64,000 nt of DNA from Squalus acanthias (Eukaryota), in the NCBI GenBank assembly GCA_030390025.1, contig CM059431.1, positions 149,236,001-149,300,000 on the forward strand, read 5' to 3'. The translations under genes and the position numbers were made by a program. Shown here piece by piece: positions 35,378 to 46,247 of this stretch (position 1 is the first letter of the stretch; each line of letters starts with the position of its first letter). Below the pieces are notes generated by a model, which searched no databases, was not told the origin of the DNA, and saw nothing but the letters and a program-made list of their open reading frames with translations.

Positions 35378-38300
35378 TGTTCTTCTCTTCTTAGGCAATC
35401 CCTCGGGAGCGAGGATGACTTGCGTCCTATTTAAAAATGTGTTGTCAGGTGACTGATGAGTCCAATGCGGCACCTACAGTCTCTGTCACAGGTGGGGCAG
35501 ACGGTGTTTGAAGTGGCGGGTGGGTGGGTGCTTGGGTTGACTCGCGCTCCTTCTTGCTGTTTATGCTTGGCTTCCGCTTGCTCCTTGCGAAAAGACACCA
35601 GGTGTTTCGTGCACTCCCGGATGCTTCTCCTCCAATTTGAGCGGTCTTGGGTCAGGAATTCACAAGTGTCGAATGGTAAGTTGCACTTTTCCAAGTAGCC
35701 TTTGACGGTGTCATAAGAACATAAGAACATAAGAAATAGGAGCAGGAGTAGATATATCGGCCCCTCGAGCCTGCTCCGCCATTCAATGAGATCATGGCTG
35801 ATCTGATCCAAACTCAACTCTAAAGAACACAAGAAGTAGGAGCAGGACCAGGCCACTCGGACCCTGGGCCCGCTCCGCCACCCACAGGGCCTTGACCGAT
35901 CCGAACTCAAACTCATGTCCAATTTCCAGCCCGCTCCCCGTAACCCCTGATTCCCTTTACTTCTAGCAAACGGTCTATTTCTGTTTTAAATTTATTTAAT
36001 GAAGTAGCTTCCACAGCTTCCTGGGTAGCAAATTCGACAGACCCACTACCCTCTGAGTGAAAAAGTTTCTCCTCATCTCAGTTTTGAAAGAGGAGCCCCT
36101 TATTCTAAGATGATGTCCCCTAGTTCTAGTTTCACCCATCATTGAGAACATCCTCACCGCGTCCACCCGATCAAGCCCCTTCACAATCATATATGTTTCA
36201 ATAAGATCGCCTCTCAATCTTCTGAACTCCAATGAGTAGAGTCCCAATCTACTCAACCTCTCCTCGTATGTCCACCCCCTCATTCCCGGAATTAACCGAG
36301 TGAACATTCTTTGTACTGACTCGAGAGCAAGTATGTATTTTCTTAAGTATGGACACCAAAACTGTATGCAGTACTCCAGGTGCGGTCTCACCAATACCCT
36401 ATACAACTGCAGCAATACATCTCTGTTTTTATATTCTATCCCCCTAGCAATAAAAGCCAACATTCCATTGGCGTTCTTGATCACCTGCTGCACCTGCATA
36501 CTAACCTTTTGATTGTCTTGCACCAAGACCCCCAGATCTCTTTGTACTGCAGTACTTTCCAGTTTCTCGCCATTAAGATAATAACTTGCTCTCTGATTTT
36601 TCCTGCCAAAGTGCATAACCTCACATTTTACAATATTGTATTGCATCTGCCAAATCTCTGCCCACTCACCCAGCCTGTCTATATCCCCTTGTAGGTTTTT
36701 TATGTCCTCCTCACTCTCTACTTTCCCTCCCATCTTTGTATCATCTGCAAACTTTGATATGTTACACTCGGTCCCCTCCTCCAAATCGTTAATATAGAGT
36801 GTAAAGAGAAGGGGACCCAGCACCGACCCCTGCGGAACACCACTGGCTACTGGTTGACAGTCCGAGAATGAACCATTTATCCCAACTCTCTGCTTCCTGT
36901 TAGATAACCAATCCTCCACCCATGCCAGAATATTACCCCCAATCCAGTGATTTTTTATCTTGAGTAATAATCTTTTATGTGGCACCTTGTCGAATGCCTT
37001 CTGGAAGTCTAAATTCACTACATCCATTGGTTCCCCTTTATCCACCCTGTACGTTATGTCCTCAAAGAACTCGAGCAAATTTGTCAGACATGACTTCCTC
37101 TTCATAAAGCCATGCTGACTTTGTCCTAATAATTTATGTTTATCTAAATATTCCGTTACTGTCTCCTTAATAATAGACTCCAAAATTTTACCCACCAGAA
37201 ATGTTAGGCTAACTGGTCTATAATTTCCAGCCTTCTGCCTACAACCCTTTTAAAAAAGAGTGTTACATTAGCAGTTTTCCAATCTGCCGGGACCTTTGCT
37301 GAGTTCAGGGAGTTTTGGAAAATTATTACCAAAGCATCCACAATTCCTACTGTCACTTCCCTCAAGACCCGAGGATGTAAGCCATAAGGTCCAGGGGATT
37401 TATCCGCCTTGAGTCACATTATTTTACTGAGTACCAATTCCTGAGTGATTTTAATCGTATTTAGCTCCTCCCCCACTAGAGCCCCCTGTTTGTCCAGTGT
37501 TGGGATATTCTTAGTGTCCTCTACCGTAAAGACTGAAACAAAATATTTGTTCAGCTTTTTTGCCATCTCCATGTTTCACACCATTAATTTCCCGGTCTCA
37601 TCCTCTAAGGGACCTACGTTTGCCTTAACCACCCTTTTTCTTTTTATATAACTATAGAAACTCTTGCTATCTGTTTTTATATTTTTTGCTAATTTATTTT
37701 CATAGTCTATTTTCCCTTTCTTAATCAATCCTTTAGTTACTTTTTGTTGTCTTTTGAAGACTTCCCAATCTTCTATCCTCGCACTAACTTTGGCTACCTT
37801 ATATGTTCTTGTTTTTAGTTGGATACTTTCTTTAATTTCTTTACTTAGCCATGGATGGCTGTCATTTATTTTACACCCTTTTTTCCTCAGTGGAATATAT
37901 TTATTTTGAAAATTGTAAAGTAACTCCTTGAATGAACAACACTGCTCATTTCCGTCTTACCCTTTAATCTATTTTCCCAGTCCACTTTAATCAATTCTGT
38001 TCTCATGCCATCATAGTCTCCTTTATTCAAGCTCAGTATGCTTGTTTGAGAACCAACGTTCTTACCCTCTAATTGGATATGGAATTCAACCATGTTATGG
38101 TCACGCATTCCAAGGGGATCCTTAACTAGGACATTATTAATTAATCCAGACTCATTACACAGTTCCAGGTCCAAGGTTCCTTGCCCCCTTGTAGGATCAG
38201 TTACATACTGCTCAAGAAATCCATCCCTAAGACACTCAATAAACTCTTCCTCAAGGCTGCCCTGCCCAATTTGATTTGTACAGTTAATATGATAGTTAAA

Positions 38301-41300
38301 ATCCCCCATAATTATAACTGTTCCCTTATTACATGCCTCAACTTTTTCCTGATTAATACTTCTTCCAACAGATTTGCAACTATTAGGAGGCCTTGACGCG
38401 TTTCATCTGCCCACCTGGGGCTCACCTGCCATGTCGGAGCACCGAGTAGAGCGCTTGTTTTTGAGTCTCGTATCGGGCTTGAGGACGGTGTGGCCCGTCC
38501 ATCGGAGCTGATCGAGCCTGGTCAAAGCTTCGATGCTACGGATGTTGGCCTGACCGAGAACACTAACGTTGGTGCGCCTATCCTGCCAATGGAGTTGCAG
38601 GATCTAGAGGAAGCAGCGTTGGAGGTACCTCTCCTGTGCTTTGAGGTGTCTGCTGTACATGGTCCATGTCTCTGAAGCGTACAGCAGGTCAGCATTCTCT
38701 ACTGACTTGTAGACCATGAGCTTGGTGCCGGGTTTGACGTCCTGGTCAATAAACATTCACTTCCTCAGGCGAACGAAGGCGGCACTGGCACACTGAAGGC
38801 GGTGTTGGAATTCGTCATCGACGTCTGCCCTTGTTGACAGTAGGCTCCCGAGGTATGGAACGTGATCCACGTTGTCCAAGGCATGATCGTGGATTTTGAT
38901 AATCAGGGGGACGTACTTTGTGGTGGGGGCAGCTTTGTTGAGGACCTTTCTCTTACGGATGTTTAGTGTAAGGCTCATGCTCTTGTACTCTTCGCTGAAG
39001 GTGTTGACGATGGTTTGGAGTTCGACCTCCGAGTGTGCGCAGACGTCTGCATACTGTGATTCGATCACAGAGGATGTCACGACCTTGCATCTGGACTGAA
39101 GGCGACGGAGTTTTGAACAGTTTCCCGTTTTTTTTAATGTAGATTAGCTGCACTCCAGCGGGGAGCGTACTGATGGTGAGATGGAGCATTGCAGCCAGGA
39201 AGATCGAGAAGAGCTTTGGTGCGATGATACCGCCTTGCTTGACCCAGGTCCATACGTGAATTGGGTCTATGGGGGATCTGTTTGTCAGCATCACAGCTTC
39301 CATGTCGTCATGGAGCAGGTAGATGATGATGACAAACCTTTGAGGGCAGACGAATTTGAGGAGGACAATCCCTAATCCCTCATGGTTGACAGTGTCGAAG
39401 GCCTTTGTGAGGTCAAAGAAGGTCATGTACAGCGGTTGGTGCTGTTCCCTGCATTTCTCTTGTAATTGACGCGCGGTGAATGTCATGTCCATTGTGCCCC
39501 TTAGTGGGCAGAATCCGCATTGCGACTCTGGGAGAAGCTCCTCAGCCACTGGGAGAAGGCGATTGATGAGGATTATTGCAAAGACTTTCCCTGTGGCAGA
39601 CAGCAGGGAGACTCCTCTCTAATTACCGCAATTGGACTTGTCACCTTTCTTGAAGACGGTCACAATTACGGCATTTCTAAAATCCCCTGGCATGCTCTCC
39701 TCTTTCAAATAAGAGAAATGAATTCATGTATTCAAGCCAATATTGCTTCTCCGCCATGTTTTAGCGATGCGGCGGGGATTTCATCTGCTCCTGAGGCCTT
39801 GTTGTTCTTCAGTTGTTGGGTGGCCCTTTCAACCTCATGCCGGGCTGGGTTTTTGCTGAGGTGGTGGCGGGTAGCATGCTGCGGGATGGAATTGAGGACA
39901 GTGACGTCGAAGACAGAGTCTCGGTAAAGGAGATCTCCGAAGTGCTTGTTTCAGCGGGCACTGACTGCCTCTCTGTCCTTGATGATTACCTCTCCGTTCT
40001 TGTACCGCAGTGGGGTGGAACCTTTGGTGCTTGAGCCTTAGGTGGTCTTGATTGCGCTAAAGAATCCACGCATGTTGTGGTTGTCGGCTTGCTGCTGGAT
40101 CTCCTGCGCTTTCTCCACCCAGCATATGTTCTTTAGATCGCGAGTCTTTGTTGGACCTCGGCCTCAAGGCGTCTGTAGAGCAGCTTTCTTGCTCTCGAAT
40201 TGTGTTGCTGTTTCCAGATGGGGAATGCCTTGCTCTTTTGGCTTATTAGCTCCTGGATCTCCTGGCCGTTCTCGTCTGACTAGTCTTGGTGTTTCCTTGT
40301 CGAGTGACCAAGCGTCTCTTCACAGGTGCTGATTATGGAGTCCTTGAGTGCAGACCAGGCGCTGTGGACACTCTGTGTCTCTGAATCACTTGTATTTTCC
40401 CATAATGAATTCTCATGGCATCCAGTGAGACATGGGCAAGGTAACTTCCTGCTGATTACCACCGACCACCCTGATTCAGCTGATGAATCAGCACATCTTC
40501 ATGCAGAACAACAGTTGATTGAAACACCGAGAGCAGGTTGTTTGCGAAGCACAGGCTGAATAGAGCTTTCTTAGCAGGATCTTTGCATGCTCCAGCGATG
40601 AATTTACTGCGGTATTGTCTATGTTGCCGCCGCTGTTTTGGGGGTACATTAATGGAGATGACAGAGCGGATTAGCGGTGGTCTGTCTACCAGTCGTCAGA
40701 TCCTTTCATGGCGCGGGTGTTGCGGACGTCCATGCTGCCCCTCGCAAAGACCATGACGTAGTCTAGCAGATGCCAGTGCTTGGAGCGACGGTGTAGCCAT
40801 GAAGTCTTGAATTTGTAAAGCTGACGGAACAAGATGTTGGTTATGACAAAGCCATTTTCTAAGCATTTCGTCAGGAGGAGGTTACTGTTGGACTTGGCTT
40901 CCCCTACCCTCTCTCTGCAGATCACAGCTCGCCAGAGTTCTGTCCTTTCCAACTCTGGCGTTAAAGCCGCCAAGGAGGTTTAGAATGTCGGCCGCTGGGA
41001 ATCGGGACATGGATTATTCGAGGTTGGAGTAGAATTCCTCTTTGGCATCGTCTGTTGCTTCCAGTGTTGGGGCGCACGTACTGATGACCTTGGCGCATTG
41101 TTTCCGGGCTAGGGTGAGTGGTAGAATCATGAGGCGTTCGTTTATTCCACAAGGGGAGTCTCAGACGCCCAACTAGCTCATTTTTTATGGCGAACCCTAC
41201 CCCATGGAGGCGGCGTTCTTCTTCATGTTTGCCATTCCAACAGAATGTTTAACCACCGCCTTGCTCCTTGAGCTGAACTTCCCCTGCCCGTCGGGTGTGA

Positions 41301-41395
41301 CTTAGGGCGGCGATGTCTACATCAAAACGTCTGAGCTCCCGGGCAACGATAGCAGTACGGCGTTCCGGTCTATCGATGTTGGTGTTGTCCATTGC
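35378..41395 (-). mobile_element. RTE-clade LINE, degenerate, interrupted by a CR1 at ~35712-38391
   Basis: AEELLPESQCGFCPLRGTMDMTFTARQLQEKCREQ, FDLTKAFDTVN, SQYAD, KHWHLLDYV, C-terminal CPTCDRDCRCRIGLISHL; ttcttctcttctt tail. Confidence 0.9.
35712..38391 (-). mobile_element. CR1 LINE ORF2 + tail, relatively well preserved, nested in the RTE element
   Basis: 399-aa open RT ORF at 35996-37195; GDFNYH endonuclease ORF at 37887-38309; cataagaa tail repeats. Confidence 0.95.
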
Positions 41396-41424
41396 CTACG
41401 GACACAATAAAATCTCTTGACTTC

Positions 41425-41900
41425 CAGTCAGATATGGGCAAGGTTACTTCCTGCTGATTATCACCGACCACCCTGATTCTGCTGATGAATCAGCACATCT
41501 TCATGCAGAGCACCAGTTGGTTGGAGCACCGAGAGCAGAAAGTGCACAAAATATAATATCTGCTTGGGGAGGGGGAGACTTCAATGTCCATCACCAAGAG
41601 TGACACAGAAGCACCAGCATTAACAGAGCACTGAAGAAGAGCTGCCAGACTGGGATTGCAGAAGGTGGTGGGAGAAGCAACATGAGAAAATAGCCTGTGT
41701 GAACTCGTCCTCACCAATCTGTCTATCGGATATACATCTGTCCATGACGATATTGGTAGGACTGACCACTGCACAATATTTGTGGAGAAGGATTCTCGCC
41801 TTCACACTAAGGACAGCATTCATCGTATCCTGTGACACTACCATCGTGTACAGTGGGATGAAATTAGACAGTGTCAAGCGATCCCACAACCAACCGATCA
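41425..41900 (+). mobile_element. LINE endonuclease fragment; first ~105 bp also present at 40432-40540
   Basis: GQG(N/Y)FLLIT..., GDFNVHHQE motif at ~41575. Confidence 0.65.
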
Positions 41901-42009
41901 GATTACTTCAATGCTGTCATATCCTTTCTTGAATGGCAGTGAACAATTCTTCCGTTTCCACATAGTCCTGAAAATTGCTCCTTTTTAAATTACCTTTTGC
42001 AAGTTACTA

Positions 42010-42345
42010 TTAAGAAAGAAAGACTAGCATTTATAGAGTGCCTTTAACGACCTTGGGATGTCCCAAAGCACTTTACAGCCAAATAAATACGTTTGAAGTG
42101 AAGCCAGTGTTGTACTGTAGGAAACACGGCAGACAGTTTGTACACAGCAAGTTCCCACAAACAGCATTGCAATAACAACCAGGTCCTCAGTTTTAGTGAT
42201 GTTGATTGAAATAAGTATTGGCCAGAACACTGGGGAAAACCCCGCTGCTCTTCTTCGAATAGTGCCATGTGTTCTTTTACATCCAGCTGAGAGAGAGCAG
42301 ACGTGGCCTCAGTTTAACGATGCATCCGAAAGACGGCCCATCCGG
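42010..42345 (-). mobile_element. DeuSINE-like SINE (tail and central domain)
   Basis: Reverse complement of the copy at 62451-62885; aagaaagaaagac tail. Confidence 0.8.
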
Positions 42346-44005
42346 GAAGTTAGTGCACCCTCAGTACTGCAGCTCCGACAGTGCAGCGCTCCCTCAGTAT
42401 TGCCCTCCGATAGTGCAGCGGTCCCTCAGTACTGACTCTCCATCAGTGCAGCACCCACACAGTACTGCCCCTCCGACAGTGCAGCATTCCGTCAGTACTG
42501 ACCCTCCGAAAGTGTAGCGGTCCCTCAGTACTGCACCTCCGACAGTGCAGCTCTCACTCAGTACTGACCCTCCAACAGTGTAGCGCTCCCTCAGTACTGA
42601 CCCTCCGACAGTGTAGCGCTCCCTCAGTACTGACCCTCCGACAGTGTAGCGCTCCCTCAGTACTGAACCTCCGACTGTGTAGCGCTTCATCATTACAAAA
42701 CCTCCGACAGTGCAGCACTCCATCAGTGCTGATCCTCCATCAGTGCAGCTCTCCCTCAGTACTACCCCTGCGACAGTGCGGCGATCTCTCAGGACTGCCC
42801 ATCCGACAGTGCAGCTTTCCCTAAGCACAGAACCACCGACAGTGCAGCGCTTCCTCAGTAATGACCCTCTGACAGTTTAGTGCTCCCAGTGTACAGACCC
42901 TTCACAGTGCTGCGCTCCCTCAGTACTGACCGTCCGACAATGCAGCGCTACCTCAATACTGACCCTCCGGCAGTGTAGCTCTCACTCAGTACTGACCCTC
43001 CGATAGTGCAGCGGTAACTCAATACTGACCCTCCCACAGTGTAACTCTCACTCTGTACTGACCCTCCGACAGTGCAGCACTCCCTCAGTACTGCCCCTCC
43101 AACAGTGTGGCGCTCCCTCAGTACTGACGGTCCGACAGTGCAGCACTCCCTCAGTACTGTCCCTCCGACAATGCGGTGCAGCCTCAGTATTACCACTCCG
43201 ACAGGGCGGCGATCACTCAGTGCTGCCCATGGGACAGTGCAGCGCTCCCTTAGTACAGAACCTCCGACAGTGCAGCGCTTCCTCAGTACAGAACCTCCGA
43301 CAGTGCAGCGCTTCCTCAGTACTGATCATCCGACAGTGCAGCGCTCCCTCAGTACTGCCCCTCCGACAGTTTAGTGCTCCCTCAGTACTGACCCTCTGAC
43401 AGTTTAGTGCTCGCTCACTACTGATCATCCGACAGTTTAGTGATACCTCAGTACTGACCCTCGGACAGTTTAGTGTTCCCTCAGTACTGACCCTCCGACT
43501 GTGCAGCGCTCCCTCAGCACAGAACCTCCTACAGTGCAGCGCTTCCTCAGTACTTACCCTCCGACAGTGCAGTGCTCCCTCAGTATTGACCTTTCTACTG
43601 TTTAGCTCTCCCTCAGTATTGCCCCTCTGACAGTGCAGTGCTCCGTCAGTACTGACCTTCTGACAGTGTAGTGCTCCCTCAGTACTGACACTCTGACAGT
43701 GTTGCTCCCTCGGCACTGCCCCTCCGACAGTGCAACGCACCCTCAAAACAGTGCCTCCGACAGTGCAGTGCTACCTCAATACTGACCCTCCGACAGTGCA
43801 GCGGTCCCTCAATACTGACCCTCCATCAGTATTGCCTTTCCGATAGTGCGGCGCTCACTCAGTGCTGCCCCACCGACAGTGGAGCACTCCATCAGTACTG
43901 TCCCTCCGACAGTGCAGTGCTCCCTCACTTCTGCCCCCTCTGACAGTGTAGCGCTCCCTCAGCACAGACCCTCCGACAGTGCAGCGCTCCCTCAGTACTG
44001 CACCT
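42340..44005. repeat. 33-bp minisatellite, ~50 copies, derived from a DeuSINE-like segment
   Basis: Unit cctccgacagtgcagcgctccctcagtactgac is the reverse complement of 62533-62569. Confidence 0.93.
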
Positions 44006-44101
44006 CTGCAAAATAAGCAAGTTCTAAGTTGTCATATTCAGGACAAGATTACAATCTGTGAACGAACATTAATGGTCTAATAATCGGTAAGGACCGATAT
44101 G

Positions 44102-44169
44102 AGGGCCTAGAATTTCCGCTCCGAAACACTTTGTTTAGTGCCGTCGCTCGATAGGAATTTCTAGGCCCT
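44102..44169. repeat. 68-bp element with 16-bp terminal inverted repeats (MITE remnant)
   Basis: agggcctagaatttcc ... ggaatttctaggccct, one mismatch. Confidence 0.6.
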
Positions 44170-44189
44170 TGAGCTTTCACCGTTTTTTC

Positions 44190-45245
44190 CCTTTATAAAG
44201 CCTGTGTGACTGTTTCTGTCTCTGTTAAAAGCCTGTGTGACTGGTTCTGTCTCTGTTAAAAGCCTGTGTGAATGTTCATGTCTCTTTAAATAGCCTGTGT
44301 GACTTGTGCTGTCTCTTTTAAAAAGCTTGTGTGATTGGTCCTGCCTCTTTACTAAGACTGTCTGAATGGACTTGTAACTTTATAAAGCCTTTTATGACCG
44401 TTCTCTTTAAAGAGCCTGTGAGTCTAGTCCTGTAACTTTATATATCCTATGTATCTTTAACAAGACTTTGCGAGATGTCCTGTCTCTTTAGAAAACCTGT
44501 TTGAGTGGTCCTGTCTCCTTAGAAATTGTGTGATTGGTCCTGTCTCTTTTAGTAGCCTGCGTGAATGTTTCAGCTTCTTGATGAAATATCTGCGACTGGT
44601 ACTGTCTCATTAAAAAGCCTGTTTGTCTGATCCTGTCTCTTTAAAAAGCCTGTGTGACTGGTTATGTCTCTTTAAAAAAGCCTATGTGACTGTTTCTGTC
44701 TCTTTATAAAGCGTCTGTGACTGGCTCTGTCTCTTTAAAAAGCCTGTGTGACTGGTTCTGTCTCTTTAAAAAGCCTGTATGACTGTTCCTGTCTCTTTAT
44801 AAAACCTTTGTGACTGTCCATATCTGATTGAAAGGTCTGTGTGACTGAATCTATCTCTTTAAAATAAAGAAGAAAGACAAGCATTTATGTAGCGCCTTTC
44901 TCAACAACCGGACTTCTCTAAGCGCTTTACGGCCAATGAAGTACTTGTGAAGCAATGTTGTAATATGGGAAACGCGGCTGCAATTTGCATACAGCAAATT
45001 CCCACAAACAGCAATGTTATAATGACCAGATCAACTGTTTTTGTTATGCTGGTTGAGGGATAAATATTGGCCAGGACACAAATAGCCTGTGTGATTGTCC
45101 CTGTCTCATTGAAAAGCCGCTGTGACTGGTCCTGTCTCTTTCAAAAGCTTGTGTGACTGGTCCTGTTCCTTTTAAAGGCTGTGTGACTGAACCTGTCTCT
45201 TTAAAAAGCCTGTATGAAGGGTTCTGCCTCATTAAAAAGCCTTGT
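44190..45245. repeat. ~31-33-bp minisatellite with a SINE tail inserted at ~44867-45079
   Basis: Unit aaaagcctgtgtgactggtcctgtctcttta; the minus-strand SINE fragment is flanked by aaata on both sides. Confidence 0.9.
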
Positions 45246-45709
45246 TTTTGGATGTTAAAATTGCATGTTAAGAAGAGCCGGAATGGATTTTGTTTTTTTT
45301 TAAACAGGGGACCATGCGTTTTGGGAACACAGGGGTGTTGATGGTGCAGGATTACTGAGACTAGATCCTTGACACAGAAGTAGCTTCAAAGAGCTACAGA
45401 TAAACCTTTGCTGTAAAAGTAGTGTTAAGCATTGAAGACTTAGTGTTAGAAATTCGTCATTGACTGCAGTGGAACTGAATATCACGCGCTGCGGGTAGCG
45501 GGCGCCCGATCCGATAATCCCCGTGTAGCGCCACCGCACAAAACGAATGTCTCGGCCCTTGTCTGCAGACATTGCCAGATATCAAATGTCACAGTGTGCT
45601 GCCGAATTGGACTTAGAATTTGCCTCTGAAAAACTGGGCTTGAACCCATTCAAAGTCAGTTGTTATCTTCCGTGTCAGATTGCTCCAGGGTGAGGAGTTG
45701 CATGAGTTA

Positions 45710-45870
45710 TGTCTAAAATTATTTACAGGCATTTCTGTCTGATCGAAAACTGTTCGGAACGTGTCCTAACTCGCACCAAGTCCCGGTCACCCACCACCCC
45801 TGTGCTCGCTGAGCTACGTTGTCTCCTAGTTAGGCAAACCCTCGATTTTAAATTTCTCATCATTGTCTTC
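45710..45870 (+). mobile_element. L2-clade LINE C-terminal fragment
   Basis: RVLTRTKSRSPTTPVLAELRCLLVRQTLDFKFLI resembles the L2 'ITPVL..LHWLP' motif. Confidence 0.7.
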
Positions 45871-46129
45871 AGCCCCAACTCATTGACAAGTGTTCAGTAA
45901 AGGATTTGCCTCTTGAAAATGCCAAACGTTAGTTTGTTTATATTTAGTATTTTGCCATAATTATTTTCACCCCTCAGGTCAGCAGTTGGATTCCTCCAAA
46001 TTGCATCAGGGGGACGAGGCACAGGCTAGGGGGTAGAAATCGGCCCGGACTGCAGCACAAAACACAACCACCTCCAATTTACCTTTTAAAGACAGACAGC
46101 ATTCGGAGAAGTTTGTGTGAGCCGCCTTA

Positions 46130-46247
46130 TACAACTGAGTGGCTTGCTCGGCCATTTCAGAGGAGAAGTTAAGAGTCAACCACATTGCTATGGGTCTGGA
46201 GTCAGATTTCGTCCAGAATGGGTAACGATGGCAGATTTGCTTCCCTA
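46130..46247 (-). mobile_element. SINE 3' part; continues at 57444
   Basis: ...ggcagatttgcttcccta; compare the reverse complement of the uninterrupted segment at 20270-20300. Confidence 0.7.

Noticed and set aside
35996..37195. Active reverse transcriptase gene
   Set aside because: 5'-truncated CR1 with upstream frameshifts and no ORF1.
42340..44005. CRISPR-like array
   Set aside because: Contiguous tandem units with no unique spacers, no cas genes, eukaryotic context. The same applies to the other minisatellites.
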